The position numbers were made by a program, and so were the translations under genes. This document shows, in pieces, positions 1 through 9,272 of a DNA stretch of 64,000 bases (within the stretch, counting starts at the first letter, position 1; each line of letters opens with the position of its first letter). This DNA comes from an uncultured Candidatus Rokubacteria bacterium. Lineage in GTDB: Bacteria; Methylomirabilota; Methylomirabilia; Rokubacteriales; CSP1-6. The stretch lies in contig CAVWFS010000015.1 of the NCBI GenBank assembly GCA_963754315.1, positions 160,001-224,000 of the forward strand, written 5' to 3'. The notes under the pieces were generated by a model. That model saw nothing but the letters and a program-made list of their open reading frames with translations, had not been told where the DNA came from and searched no databases.

Positions 1-1
1 C

Positions 2-217
2 TCGCGCGACAACGACCTCGATGTCAACATCACCAAGGAAAAGAAGCTCACCAATATGCGCTCGTCGACGGCCGAAGATGGCGTGAAGCTCACGCCACCG
101 CGCAGCATGAACCTCGAGCAGTGCCTGGAATGGGTCCGCGCCGACGAGCTCCTCGAAGTCACCCCGAAGGCGCTCCGTCTGCGCAAGCGCGCCCTCGTCG
201 GTCGCCGCCGCTTCTGA
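2..217 (+). CDS. typA: GTP-binding protein TypA/BipA, C-terminal fragment (5' truncated by window)
   Basis: Manual frame-2 translation [22 protein letters not shown]...[26 protein letters not shown] matches the TypA C-terminus; TGA at 215-217. Confidence 0.92.
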   Translation, partial: SRDNDLDVNITKEKKLTNMRSSTAEDGVKLTPPRSMNLEQCLEWVRADELLEVTPKALRLRKRALVGRRRF

Positions 218-236
218 CACGCGGCCGCGAGGGTCC

Positions 237-1293
237 ATGAGCTCCCCTTCCCCTCCTCCCCACCCACGTGATGGGCAGTCATGGGTTCCCGGCCTGGTTC
301 TGGACCGCCCTCGACAAGATCAAGGCGGGGGAGTACGGGTCGACCGACGTGAAGGAGACCTTCGACGATGCCACCCAGCTCGCCATTCGCGATCAGGAGC
401 GGGCCGGCATCGACGTGATCTGCGACGGCGAGATGCGCCGCTTCTTCTTCGTGCAGACCTTCTACGGCAGAATGGACGGGCTCGAGCCGCTCGCGCCGCT
501 GCGCAAGACCGGGCTCTACGCCTACGACAGCGTGCCCCGCTATCGTGCGTCAAGCCGCATCACGGTGCCGCACGGGCTCGGCACCGTGGACGAGTTCCGC
601 TACCTGAAGAGCCAGACGACGAAACCGGTCAAGGCAACCTGTCCCGGCCCCGTGACCCTATCGATCCACGTGCAGACCCGATCTGGCGACGCCTACGATG
701 GTGATCGGCTCGCCCTCTGCTGGGACCTCGTCCCTGTGGTGAACGCCGAGCTGAAGGCTCTGGCCGCGGCCGGGGCCGACTGGATCCAGCTCGACGAGCC
801 GTCGGCGGCCATCGTCCCCGGCCAGGTGGGCGAGTACGTGAAGATGTTCAACGCCTGCGTGGAAGGCGTCCGCGCCAAGATCGGCTACCACGTGTGCTTC
901 GGCAACCTCCTCTCGCGTCCGCGCGGCAAGCGCTCCTATCGGTTCCTGTTTCCTCATCTCCTCGAGACGCGCTGCCATCAGTTCGTCTTCGAGTACGCCA
1001 ATCGTGAGATGGCCGAGATCGACCTGTGGCGCGACGTGGGGGTGGATCGCGAGATCGCCTGTGGGGTGGTTGACGTGAAGTCCTTCTACCTGGAGACACC
1101 CGACGACGTCGCCGAGCGAATCCGCCTCTGCCTGGGCGCCATTCCCGTGGAGAGGCTCTCGCTGGTCCCCGATTGCGGATTCTTCCCCGTCCCCCGCTGG
1201 CTGGCCTTCGAGAAGCTCAAGTGCCTGGTGGCGGGGGTCCAGGTTGCTCGTCGCGAGCTGACCGGTTCATCGGGCGCGCCGACGGCGGCTTGA
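237..1293 (+). CDS. Cobalamin-independent methionine synthase, catalytic-domain-only type; probable indel near 250 (intact ORF 268..1293)
   Basis: DGEMRR, IQLDEP, HVCFGN, FEYAN and PDCG Zn-ligand motifs; in-frame LPTHVMGS upstream of 268 suggests ATG 237 is the true start, offset by a C-run indel. Confidence 0.85.
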
Positions 1294-1324
1294 CCGTCGG
1301 CGCCCGCCGGCTCCGCGTCGGCCC

Positions 1325-1657
1325 TTACGCGCGCCTGGTCTCCGTCCGGACGACCAGGCGCGTTGCGGAGTGATCGATGATGCGAAGCTCGGCCCCACCT
1401 CCCTCGGGGCGGATCACCACGGTGCCACCCTCGTCGCGCCAGGTTGCCGGCCGTTCGACGAGGCGATCGTCCGGTCCTGCCACGAGAACATGGGCTTCAC
1501 CATCCCGCTTGAGCTCGAGTCGGGCCCGCGGCCGGCGCGACAGCGGGATGGTGTCGTCCTCCGCACGATAGACGGCTCCCTCGGCGGTGTCCTCCTCGAA
1601 GACATGTACCCACCGCTTCGCGAACAGTCGATCGCGGGCGCCGCGCTTGGCGGACAG
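1325..1657 (-). CDS. Hypothetical protein (~110 aa), probable CTG start, absent from ORF track
   Basis: Open frame LSAKRGARDRLFAKRWVHVFEEDTAEGAVYRAEDD...RLVVRTETRRA*; SD-like GAGGGAGG just upstream of CTG; 20 nt downstream of the protease stop. Confidence 0.65.
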   Translation of the reverse strand: MSAKRGARDRLFAKRWVHVFEEDTAEGAVYRAEDDTIPLSRRPRARLELKRDGEAHVLVAGPDDRLVERPATWRDEGGTVVIRPEGGGAELRIIDHSATRLVVRTETRRA

Positions 1658-1677
1658 ACCGTCCCTCCCTCGCCGAG

Positions 1678-2572
1678 CTAGAGCAGGCCGCTACGAGTTG
1701 TCTCCAGGGCCGTGCGCATGCGCAGGACCTGCTCGCTCGTGAACATGAACATGCCCAGGTCATCGGTGTAGTCCATGTAGTTCATGAACATGTCGCCGTT
1801 GGGGCCGTTATTGCAGCTCACCTTGGGAAACGTGGGTTCGCCAAAGTTCGGACCCTCGCAGTTGGGAGTGTCAGCCACCATGTCAGAGCCGCTGCAGTCC
1901 GGTGTGTCGCCCCAGATGTGCCGCAGGTTGAGATAGTGGCCAATCTCGTGCGTGACCGTGCGGCCCTTGTGGAAGGGCGCCTGCGCGGTTCCGCTGGTAC
2001 CGAACGCCAGGTAATTGATGACCACCCCGTCCGTGGAGGGGGGACCACCGGGAAACTGTGCGTAGCCGAGGAGCCCACCGGTCAGGGGACAGACCCAGAC
2101 GTTGAGATGGGTCTTCGGCTCATAGGGAGCGATCCCACCCGTCGACGCCTTCTTGACCCCGTCATCGTGTGAAAATCCCGTCTTCGTGGTCTTCGTCCGG
2201 ATTACCTTCGCCAGCTTGAAGTAAATCCGCGAATCGCCGACGAGCCCCTTCCAGGGCTGCCGGGGTCCCGTTCCGATCCGGGTTCGTCGCCCGAAAATCC
2301 TTGTTCATGGCCTTGAACTGGGTCTTGATCTGGGCATCCGAGATGTTTTGCTCATCGGTCTTGTACACGATGTTGACGACGGTCTTGATCCCGACGACCT
2401 TCGCCCGGGCCAGATCGAGCCCTAGGCTGCGTCGCCGTGAGGTAGCCCCTTCCAGCCGTTGCTGGGCCGCCCGAAAGGAGGCGTTTCGCTCTAGCAGGAT
2501 CATGTGGGCGGCCATGGCCCCGCATGACCGGCGGAGCGTGCTGCGGCGAGACCTCGTTCTTCTCTTCGCCAT
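1678..2572 (-). CDS. Zinc metalloprotease, M43 (pappalysin/ulilysin-like); frameshift near 2257
   Basis: HEIGHYLNLRHIWGD zinc motif, NYMDYT Met-turn, LLGYAQFP, N-terminal RSCG cysteine-switch-like segment; SD GGAGG before ATG 2572. Confidence 0.88.
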
Positions 2573-2737
2573 CCTGTCCTCCTTCAGAAAGGGCCGTCTC
2601 GGCAATGACGGGCAGCCAACGGGGAAGACCTCAGATCAACCGTAGCGCCTCCTGCACACCTATTGAGCATGCGCCAGCGCGCATCGCACCGTCAAGGGTA
2701 GGCGGGCCGGCCCGCATTGCCCGCCCGTGCCCAGGGC

Positions 2738-2766
2738 TTGACGCCATCACTCACCCCGTGCAAGAT
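2738..2766 (+). promoter_or_regulatory. Sigma70-type promoter for trpL-trpE(G)
   Basis: TTGACG-17 nt-CAAGAT; leader-peptide ATG begins 7 nt after the -10 box. Confidence 0.6.
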
Positions 2767-2772
2767 TCGCCC

Positions 2773-2820
2773 ATGATCGTCGTTCGACCGACCCACGGTT
2801 GGTGGTGGCCGCCGCAGTAG
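2773..2820 (+). CDS. trpL: Trp leader peptide MIVVRPTHGWWWPPQ
   Basis: Three tandem TGG codons in a 15-codon ORF directly upstream of anthranilate synthase. Confidence 0.9.
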   Translation: MIVVRPTHGWWWPPQ

Positions 2821-2848
2821 GCGGCCTCCCCCACCGATAATGACCCGG

Positions 2849-2882
2849 GAGCCGCCTCGACCGAGGCGGCTTCGTGTTGTTC
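2849..2882 (+). terminator. Attenuator terminator hairpin of trp leader
   Basis: GAGCCGCCTC-GACC-GAGGCGGCTT stem followed by T-rich tract; competing pairing of 2821-2830 with 2847-2855 (antiterminator). Confidence 0.85.
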
Positions 2883-2958
2883 AGGACCGCCGCTTCGGGA
2901 AGAGGCCGCGGTCCTTCGCATGTTTGGGCTCCGCTCCCGCGGTCGCCAGGAGGGACAC

Positions 2959-5118
2959 GTGAGCGTAGAACGTTACGTCACCCGCGGCGGTATCGTCGTT
3001 CACCGAACCATCGAGGCCCTCGCCGTCGAGGGTGCCATCGAGCCTGTCCTCGATGCTCTCGACTGCCAGCGAGGCGTCCTGCTCGCCTCCAGCTACGAGT
3101 ATCCGGGACGCTACACGCGCTGGGACATGGGCTTCGTCAATCCGCCCCTGGTTCTGGTCACGCGCGGGCGCCACCTTCGCCTCTCCGCGTTGAACGAGCG
3201 GGGCCGCGCGATGCTCCCAGGTCTGGCGACTTCCCTTCACCGGCTCGACGCCGTGGCGTGGAGCGCGGCCACTGAGACCGACGTGGAGGGGGTGGTTGCC
3301 ACCCCCTCCACGCGGTTCGCTGAAGAGGAACGGAGCAAGCAGCCCTCCGTGTTCACCGTGCTCCGGGAACTGATCGACCTGTTCGCGAGCCCGGCCGACC
3401 CCCACCTCGGTCTCTACGGTGCCTTCGGCTACGATCTGGCGTTCCAGTTCGAGCCCATCCGGCTGGCCCGACCCCGTCCCGCCGACCAGCGCGATCTCGT
3501 CCTCTACCTGCCCGATGAGATCGTGATCGTGGACCATCAGCGCCAGCGGGCGGTGCGCCAGCGTTACGAATTCGAGATCGCGGGACGCTCGACGCGCGAC
3601 CTTCCCCGCGTGGGCCCCACCGAGCCCTACGGGGGTGCGCGCACGGTCGAGCGCGCGTGCGATCACGCGCCCGGCGAGTATGCAGAAGGTGTGCGGCGCG
3701 CGCGCGAAAGCTTCCGGCGCGGAGACCTCTTCGAGGTGGTTCCGGGCCAGATGTTCTTCGAGCCATGCGCGTCCGCACCCTCGGAGGTGTTCCGACGCCT
3801 GCGCGAGCGCAATCCAGCTCCCTACGGCTTCCTCATCAACCTCGGGGAGGCGGAATATCTGGTGGGCGCATCGCCCGAGATGTACGTCCGCGTGGAGGCC
3901 GACCGGGTCGAGACCTGCCCGATCTCCGGAACCGTGGCGCGCGGGCAAGACCCGCTGGCCGATGCCTCTCAGATTCTCCTCCTTCTGAACTCGGCCAAGG
4001 ACGAGGCCGAGCTGACCATGTGCACCGACGTGGATCGGAACGACAAGTCCCGCATCTGCCGTCCGGGCAGCGTGCGCGTGATCGGTCGCCGGCAGATCGA
4101 GATGTATTCGCGGGTCATCCACACCGTCGATCACGTGGAGGGCCGGCTGCGTGAGGGCTTCGACGCCCTTGACGCCTTCCTCGCCCATGCGTGGGCAGTC
4201 ACCGTCACCGGAGCCCCCAAGCTGTGGGCCATGCAGTTCATCGAGGATCATGAGAAATCCTGCCGGGCCTGGTACGGCGGCGCGGTGGGCCTGCTGGGCT
4301 TCGATGGGAACATGAACACGGGCCTTACCCTGCGCACGATCCGGGTGAAAGACGGCGTGGCCGAGGTACGCGCGGGCGCCACCTTGCTCTTCGATTCCGA
4401 TCCCGACGAGGAGGAGCGTGAGACGCGCATCAAGGCGGCCGCCTTCGTCGACGCCATCCGGCGGCCTCGGGGGGCGACGGCCCACGTCGCTCCTGCGGCG
4501 GAGCGTCCAGGTCAGGGCCGCCGGGTCCTCCTCGTCGATCATCAGGACTCCTTCGTGCACACCCTGGCCAACTACATTCGACAGACGGGCGCTGAGGTCA
4601 CCACGCTTCGCGCCGGCTTCCCTCTCAGCGTTCTCGACGAGACGAATCCGCACCTCGTGGTGCTCTCGCCGGGGCCTGGGCGCCCGCGCGACTTCGACGT
4701 GTCAGCCACCTTGGCCGCGGCCATCACAAGACGGCTCCCCGTTTTCGGCGTGTGCCTCGGACTGCAGGGCCTGGTGGAATACTTCGGCGGCGAGCTCGGG
4801 GTCCTCGCCTCGCCCATGCACGGCAAGGCGTCGACCATCCACGTCCGGGGCGGCCGGATCTTCGAGGGCTTGCCGCGTCAGTTCGCGGCCGGCCGCTATC
4901 ACTCGCTGTTCGCGCGGACCGAAACCTTGCCCGCTGCTCTCCGTGTGACTGCCGAGACCGACGATGGGGTCGTCATGGCGGTCGAGCACACCGAGCTTCC
5001 CCTGGACGCCGTGCAATTTCACCCGGAGTCGATCATGAGCCTCGGCGACGAGATCGGCCTGCGGCTGATCCGCAACGTGGTGGCGTTGGCCGCCATGGGT
5101 GCAAACGTCGTCCCCTAA
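2959..5118 (+). CDS. trpE: Anthranilate synthase, fused component I + II TrpE(G)
   Basis: CPISGT, ELTMCTDVDRND, TVTGAPK in the TrpE part; LSPGPG, GVCLGLQ, VQFHPES in the glutamine amidotransferase part; SD AGGAGG before GTG 2959. Confidence 0.95.
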   Translation: MSVERYVTRGGIVVHRTIEALAVEGAIEPVLDALDCQRGVLLASSYEYPGRYTRWDMGFVNPPLVLVTRGRHLRLSALNERGRAMLPGLATSLHRLDAVAWSAATETDVEGVVATPSTRFAEEERSKQPSVFTVLRELIDLFASPADPHLGLYGAFGYDLAFQFEPIRLARPRPADQRDLVLYLPDEIVIVDHQRQRAVRQRYEFEIAGRSTRDLPRVGPTEPYGGARTVERACDHAPGEYAEGVRRARESFRRGDLFEVVPGQMFFEPCASAPSEVFRRLRERNPAPYGFLINLGEAEYLVGASPEMYVRVEADRVETCPISGTVARGQDPLADASQILLLLNSAKDEAELTMCTDVDRNDKSRICRPGSVRVIGRRQIEMYSRVIHTVDHVEGRLREGFDALDAFLAHAWAVTVTGAPKLWAMQFIEDHEKSCRAWYGGAVGLLGFDGNMNTGLTLRTIRVKDGVAEVRAGATLLFDSDPDEEERETRIKAAAFVDAIRRPRGATAHVAPAAERPGQGRRVLLVDHQDSFVHTLANYIRQTGAEVTTLRAGFPLSVLDETNPHLVVLSPGPGRPRDFDVSATLAAAITRRLPVFGVCLGLQGLVEYFGGELGVLASPMHGKASTIHVRGGRIFEGLPRQFAAGRYHSLFARTETLPAALRVTAETDDGVVMAVEHTELPLDAVQFHPESIMSLGDEIGLRLIRNVVALAAMGANVVP

Positions 5119-5257
5119 AAGGAAGCCCCAAGCGTCCGAGAGAGCCCCAACCGGCCGTTGGTTCCCTGGCCAGGACCCCACGATCTTGGGTGCGTTGCCC
5201 GCGAGTCTCCCAAACGGCCGCGAGCCGGCCGGGCGCGTGATAAGGTGGCTTCCTACC
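5117..5257. ncRNA. Putative structured ncRNA (~135 nt rod with internal bubbles), family unknown
   Basis: Nested pairings 5120-5127/5247-5254, 5132-5138/5230-5237, 5152-5161/5210-5220 and an inner CCCA/TGGG hairpin occupy most of the trpE(G)-ku spacer. Confidence 0.45.
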
Positions 5258-5300
5258 TCGAGATTCGACCTTGATTGCGTGACGACCGGAGGACACGACA

Positions 5301-6167
5301 ATGCCACCTCATGCCATCGGATCGGGAGCGATCTCGTTCGGCTTGGTGTCGATACCCATCAAGCTCTACGCGGCCACCGCCTCCGGCTCGGTCTCGTTCA
5401 ACCTGCTCCATGCGCCGTGTGGGTCCCGCATCCGCCAGCAGCAGTTCTGTCCTCAGTGCAATGCCGTCGTCGAGCGCGGTGAGCTGGTCCGGGCGTACGA
5501 ATTTGCCAAGGAGCAGTACGTACGCGTGAGTGACGAGGAGCTGAAAACCCTCGAGGGGGAAGCCTCCAGGGCCATCGACATCGCGGAGTTCGTGCCCCTC
5601 GACAAGGTCGATCCCATCTTCTTCGAGCGCACGTACTACCTCGGCCCCGACAAGGGCGGTGAGAAACCCTACCGTTTGCTCGCCGACGCGATGGCGCAGA
5701 GCGAGCAAGTCGCGGTGGCCCGGTTCGTCATGCGGGGCAAGGAAAACATCGTCCTCGTCCGCGCCGCCCAGGGCGGGTTGTTACTCCACACCATGTACTT
5801 CGCCGACGAGGTCCGCAATTTCGGCGAGATCGACAAGGGCCAGTCCGCCAAGATCAAGGAGAACGAGATCGAGCTGGCGCTGCAGCTCATCAGCGGTCTG
5901 GCCAGCGACGATTTCAAGCCCGAGCAGTACCAGGACGAGTATCGCCAGCGCGTGCTCGACCTGATCGAGAGCAAAGTTGCCGGCAAGGAGATCACGACCA
6001 CCCCCACGCCCACCACCAAGACCTCCCAGGTGATCGACCTGGCCGAGGCGCTCCGTCAGAGCCTCGCCAAGCGCGACAAGAAACCGCTCGCCAAGGCCAA
6101 ACCGGAGGCCGCCGTGGCGCGCCGTCCGGAAGCGGCACCCAGGAAGGCCCAGGCCGGACGCAAGTAA
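5301..6167 (+). CDS. ku: Ku protein (NHEJ DNA end-binding)
   Basis: GAISFGLVSIPIKLY N-terminus, IDIAEFVP, YYLGPD, VIDLAEALRQSL and a basic C-terminal tail. Confidence 0.95.
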   Translation: MPPHAIGSGAISFGLVSIPIKLYAATASGSVSFNLLHAPCGSRIRQQQFCPQCNAVVERGELVRAYEFAKEQYVRVSDEELKTLEGEASRAIDIAEFVPLDKVDPIFFERTYYLGPDKGGEKPYRLLADAMAQSEQVAVARFVMRGKENIVLVRAAQGGLLLHTMYFADEVRNFGEIDKGQSAKIKENEIELALQLISGLASDDFKPEQYQDEYRQRVLDLIESKVAGKEITTTPTPTTKTSQVIDLAEALRQSLAKRDKKPLAKAKPEAAVARRPEAAPRKAQAGRK

Positions 6168-6194
6168 CCGGCGAGCGGTTCCCTCCGTCCTTCG

Positions 6195-7403
6195 GTGCTC
6201 ATGACTGTGCCTGGCGGTGCGCGTCGCCCGGCCATGATCGTGCTCCTCTGCGTCACCGTCGGCGCCAGCACGTTCTCCATCGGCGGCTTCGCCCCTTTGT
6301 TGCCCGAGATCGGGCGAACACTCCGCTTGTCGGACGTCGGGCTCGGTGCCCTCGCCGGGATGTTCGGCTTCGCGCGGATGGCCGCCGACCTACCCGTCGG
6401 TCTCTTTCTGCGACGCCACCTGCGCCTCGCCCTCGTTCTCGCCCCCCTGACCGTCATCACGGGGATCCTCTGTCTGAGCGGCAGCACGTCGCTACCGATG
6501 CTCCTCCTGGGACGGGCCCTGATGGGGCTCGGCCACGCACTCGGCATGGTCGGAGGCCTCACCGTCCTTCTGCGTGCTCAGACGGGATCACGGCTGGGGG
6601 CGGCGCTCAATAGCATCGAGCTCTCGGGAATGCTCGGCCTTCTCGGGGGGGTCACCTTGGTCGGGTGGCTTCCTCACGGCATTGCCTGGAACCGCGCGCT
6701 CCTCATCGCGGGCTCGCCGCTCCTGGTCACCCTGGCCGTGCTCCCCGCGCTCCTGGCCTCCACGCGCGAGACACACGCTGTCACGCCGATAACCCGCGAG
6801 GTGCCGGCCCGGCGCGTGCTCTCGCCGACCCATCCCTGGCTCGTACCGCTGGCGTTCATCACGGGCGCGACCGTCTCCTGCGCCTACTCGACGGTCGAGC
6901 AGTTCCTGATTCCCCTGCGCGGAAGCCGGCACTTCGGGCTTGACCGGTCGGGGATCGCGCGATTGCTCCAGATCGGCCAGCTCTCCGACATCATGGCCCT
7001 CATCCCCGTCGGCATGCTCGCGGATCGACGAGGTGCGGCCCCCGTGCTGGCCGTGGTCACCGTAGTCATGGCAGCCGGGATCACGCTCATTGCCTTCGGC
7101 AACCTGATCCTGGCTGCCGTCGGCTGCGTTCTGCTGGGGCTCGCCATGGCCGGCTGGATGCTGCCGCTCGGCGTCCTGCGGGCGGCAACGCCTCCCGAGC
7201 GTATCGCCTGGCGCACGGCGGTTTACCGGGTGGGGGTGGACGGGGGGATCTTCCTCGGACCGTTCCTGAGCGGGCTGGTCGCCGGATGGAGCCCCGGGCT
7301 CATGCCGGGGCTCCTCGCCATCATCCTGCTCACGATCGGAGTCATGACGGCCCTGGCCATTCGCCGATCCGGGCGCGAGCCAGGGCGCTCGACGCCTCAG
7401 TAG
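6195..7403 (+). CDS. MFS transporter
   Basis: About 12 hydrophobic segments; GMLADRRG motif-A-like loop. Confidence 0.85.
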   Translation: MLMTVPGGARRPAMIVLLCVTVGASTFSIGGFAPLLPEIGRTLRLSDVGLGALAGMFGFARMAADLPVGLFLRRHLRLALVLAPLTVITGILCLSGSTSLPMLLLGRALMGLGHALGMVGGLTVLLRAQTGSRLGAALNSIELSGMLGLLGGVTLVGWLPHGIAWNRALLIAGSPLLVTLAVLPALLASTRETHAVTPITREVPARRVLSPTHPWLVPLAFITGATVSCAYSTVEQFLIPLRGSRHFGLDRSGIARLLQIGQLSDIMALIPVGMLADRRGAAPVLAVVTVVMAAGITLIAFGNLILAAVGCVLLGLAMAGWMLPLGVLRAATPPERIAWRTAVYRVGVDGGIFLGPFLSGLVAGWSPGLMPGLLAIILLTIGVMTALAIRRSGREPGRSTPQ

Positions 7404-8543
7404 GGGATGCCCGACGTGTCGATCTCCTCCACGATGACGCGCTTGCCGTCCTTGACCACGGCAACGTAGATCTTCGGCGTCGCCTGCTGGTGCTGGTCGA
7501 ACCGAATCGGGCTTCCCGTGACGCTCGTGTAGTCCGTCTTGGCGAGGGCCTCGCGGATCCTGGCGGGATCGGTCGACCCGGCCCGCTTGATGGCCTCCGC
7601 CTGCAGATAGACCCCGTCGTAGCCCGCCTGGGCGTACTGGTCGGGCTCCTCACCGTTGCGCCGCGCCTTGAAGGCAGCGATGAAGGCCTTGTTACGAGGC
7701 GTCTCGAGGGTGGTTCCGTAGCGCACGACCAGCGGCACGCCCTCGGCGGGCTTGCCGGCAATCTTGATGAAGGCGTCGGTGATGGGACCATCGGAGCCCA
7801 GCACGGTCGCCTTCAGCCCGAGCTCGGCCATTTGCTTGACCTGGGCGGCGGCCGTCGCGGAGATGTCGACCACGTTGACGCCGTCGGGATTGAGGGCCTT
7901 GATTTTCGTGAGGTAGGAATAGAAATCCTTCTCGCCTGGCGCGTAGTAGTCGCTGCTCACGATGGTCCCGCCCAGCTCCTTGAGACGGGCCTGATAGACC
8001 CCGGACGTGGCGCGGCCCCAGTCGTCGTTGCGGGCCAGGAAGGCCACCTTCTTGATTTTGAGCTTGTTCGACCCAGTAGTCCACGAAGCGGCTTTCCAGC
8101 CGCGGGGTCTGAGCGAACTTGAACAGGTACGTCAGCTTCGTCTCCTTGGCGTCGGGCAGGAACGAGATGCCATTGGTGGTCGGGATCTTCAGCTCCTCGA
8201 TGGTCGGCAAGGTCGCGATGGTGGAGGAGCTGAACCAGCAGCAATCCACGGCGACGACCTTGTCCTGCGTCACCACCTTCCGGAAGGCGCTGACTGACTC
8301 CGCCGGAATCCCGCGGCTGTCGGCGGCCACGATCTCGATCTTGCGGCCTCCGAGGATGCCGCCGGCACCGTTGATCTCCTGGGCGGCCACCTGCGCTCCG
8401 ATCAAGGTGCTGAGCCCGTCGGCAGCGGCGGGACCCGTGTGAGGCCCCACCACGCCGAGCTTGATCGGTTCCTGGGCGGGCGCGCTTTCGATCATGCCCC
8501 CGACCACCAGCATCGCCGCCAACACCGTCACCATCCGCTTCAT
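7397..8543 (-). CDS. Branched-chain amino acid-type ABC substrate-binding protein; frameshift near 8069
   Basis: Signal peptide and IKLGVVGP...EINGAGGILG in ORF 7692..8543; NDDWG...GYD C-half in ORF 7397..8047. Confidence 0.88.
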
Positions 8544-8567
8544 GGAAATCCTCCTTGTCGGTTCATC

Positions 8568-9272
8568 CTACATCCCGAGATATGCGCGCTTGACCTCCTC
8601 GCTGTCCAGGAGGCTCGCCCCCGCGTCCTCGAGCACGATGCTTCCCGTCTCGAGCACGTAGCCGCGGTCGGCGATGCGCAGCGCCGCCTGCGCTCGCTGC
8701 TCGACCAGAAGTATGGAGATCCCCTGATGGTTGAGGGTCTTCACGATCTCCACCACCCGATCGACGAAGAGGGGCGCCAGCCCGAGCGACGGCTCGTCGA
8801 GCATCAACAGGCGAGGGCGCGCCATCAGGGCGCGTCCGATGGCGAGCATCTGCTGCTCGCCTCCGCTCAGGGTGGCCCCCAGCTGGCGCGCCCGCTCGCT
8901 CAGGACCGGAAAGTGAGCAAACACGGTCTGCATGCGCTCACTGACATCACCAGCGCGGTGCTCGCGAAAAGCACCCAACCTCAAGTTTTCCCACACGGTC
9001 AGATCGGGAAAGATCTGACGCCCTTCCGGCACGTGACCGATCCCGAGGGCGAGGATTTCGTGCGGGGCTCGCCCGCCGATCGGCTGGCCCTCCCAGGCGA
9101 TCCGCCCCCGGGTCGGCTTCACCAGACCGGAGATGGTCCGCAAGGTTGTCGATTTCCCCGCTCCGTTGGCGCCGATGAGCGTGACCAGGGAGCCCGGGGC
9201 CACGCGCAGGGAAATCCCCTTGAGGGCTGCCACGGGGCCGTAGTGCACGTGCAGGTCGTCGATCTCAAGCAC
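8568..9272 (-). CDS. livF: ABC ATP-binding protein, LivF-like
   Basis: [34 protein letters not shown]. Confidence 0.92.
   Translation of the reverse strand: MLEIDDLHVHYGPVAALKGISLRVAPGSLVTLIGANGAGKSTTLRTISGLVKPTRGRIAWEGQPIGGRAPHEILALGIGHVPEGRQIFPDLTVWENLRLGAFREHRAGDVSERMQTVFAHFPVLSERARQLGATLSGGEQQMLAIGRALMARPRLLMLDEPSLGLAPLFVDRVVEIVKTLNHQGISILLVEQRAQAALRIADRGYVLETGSIVLEDAGASLLDSEEVKRAYLGM

Noticed and set aside
1370..1681. 103-aa plus-strand ORF
   Set aside because: Antisense to a better-supported minus-strand frame with SD and operon context
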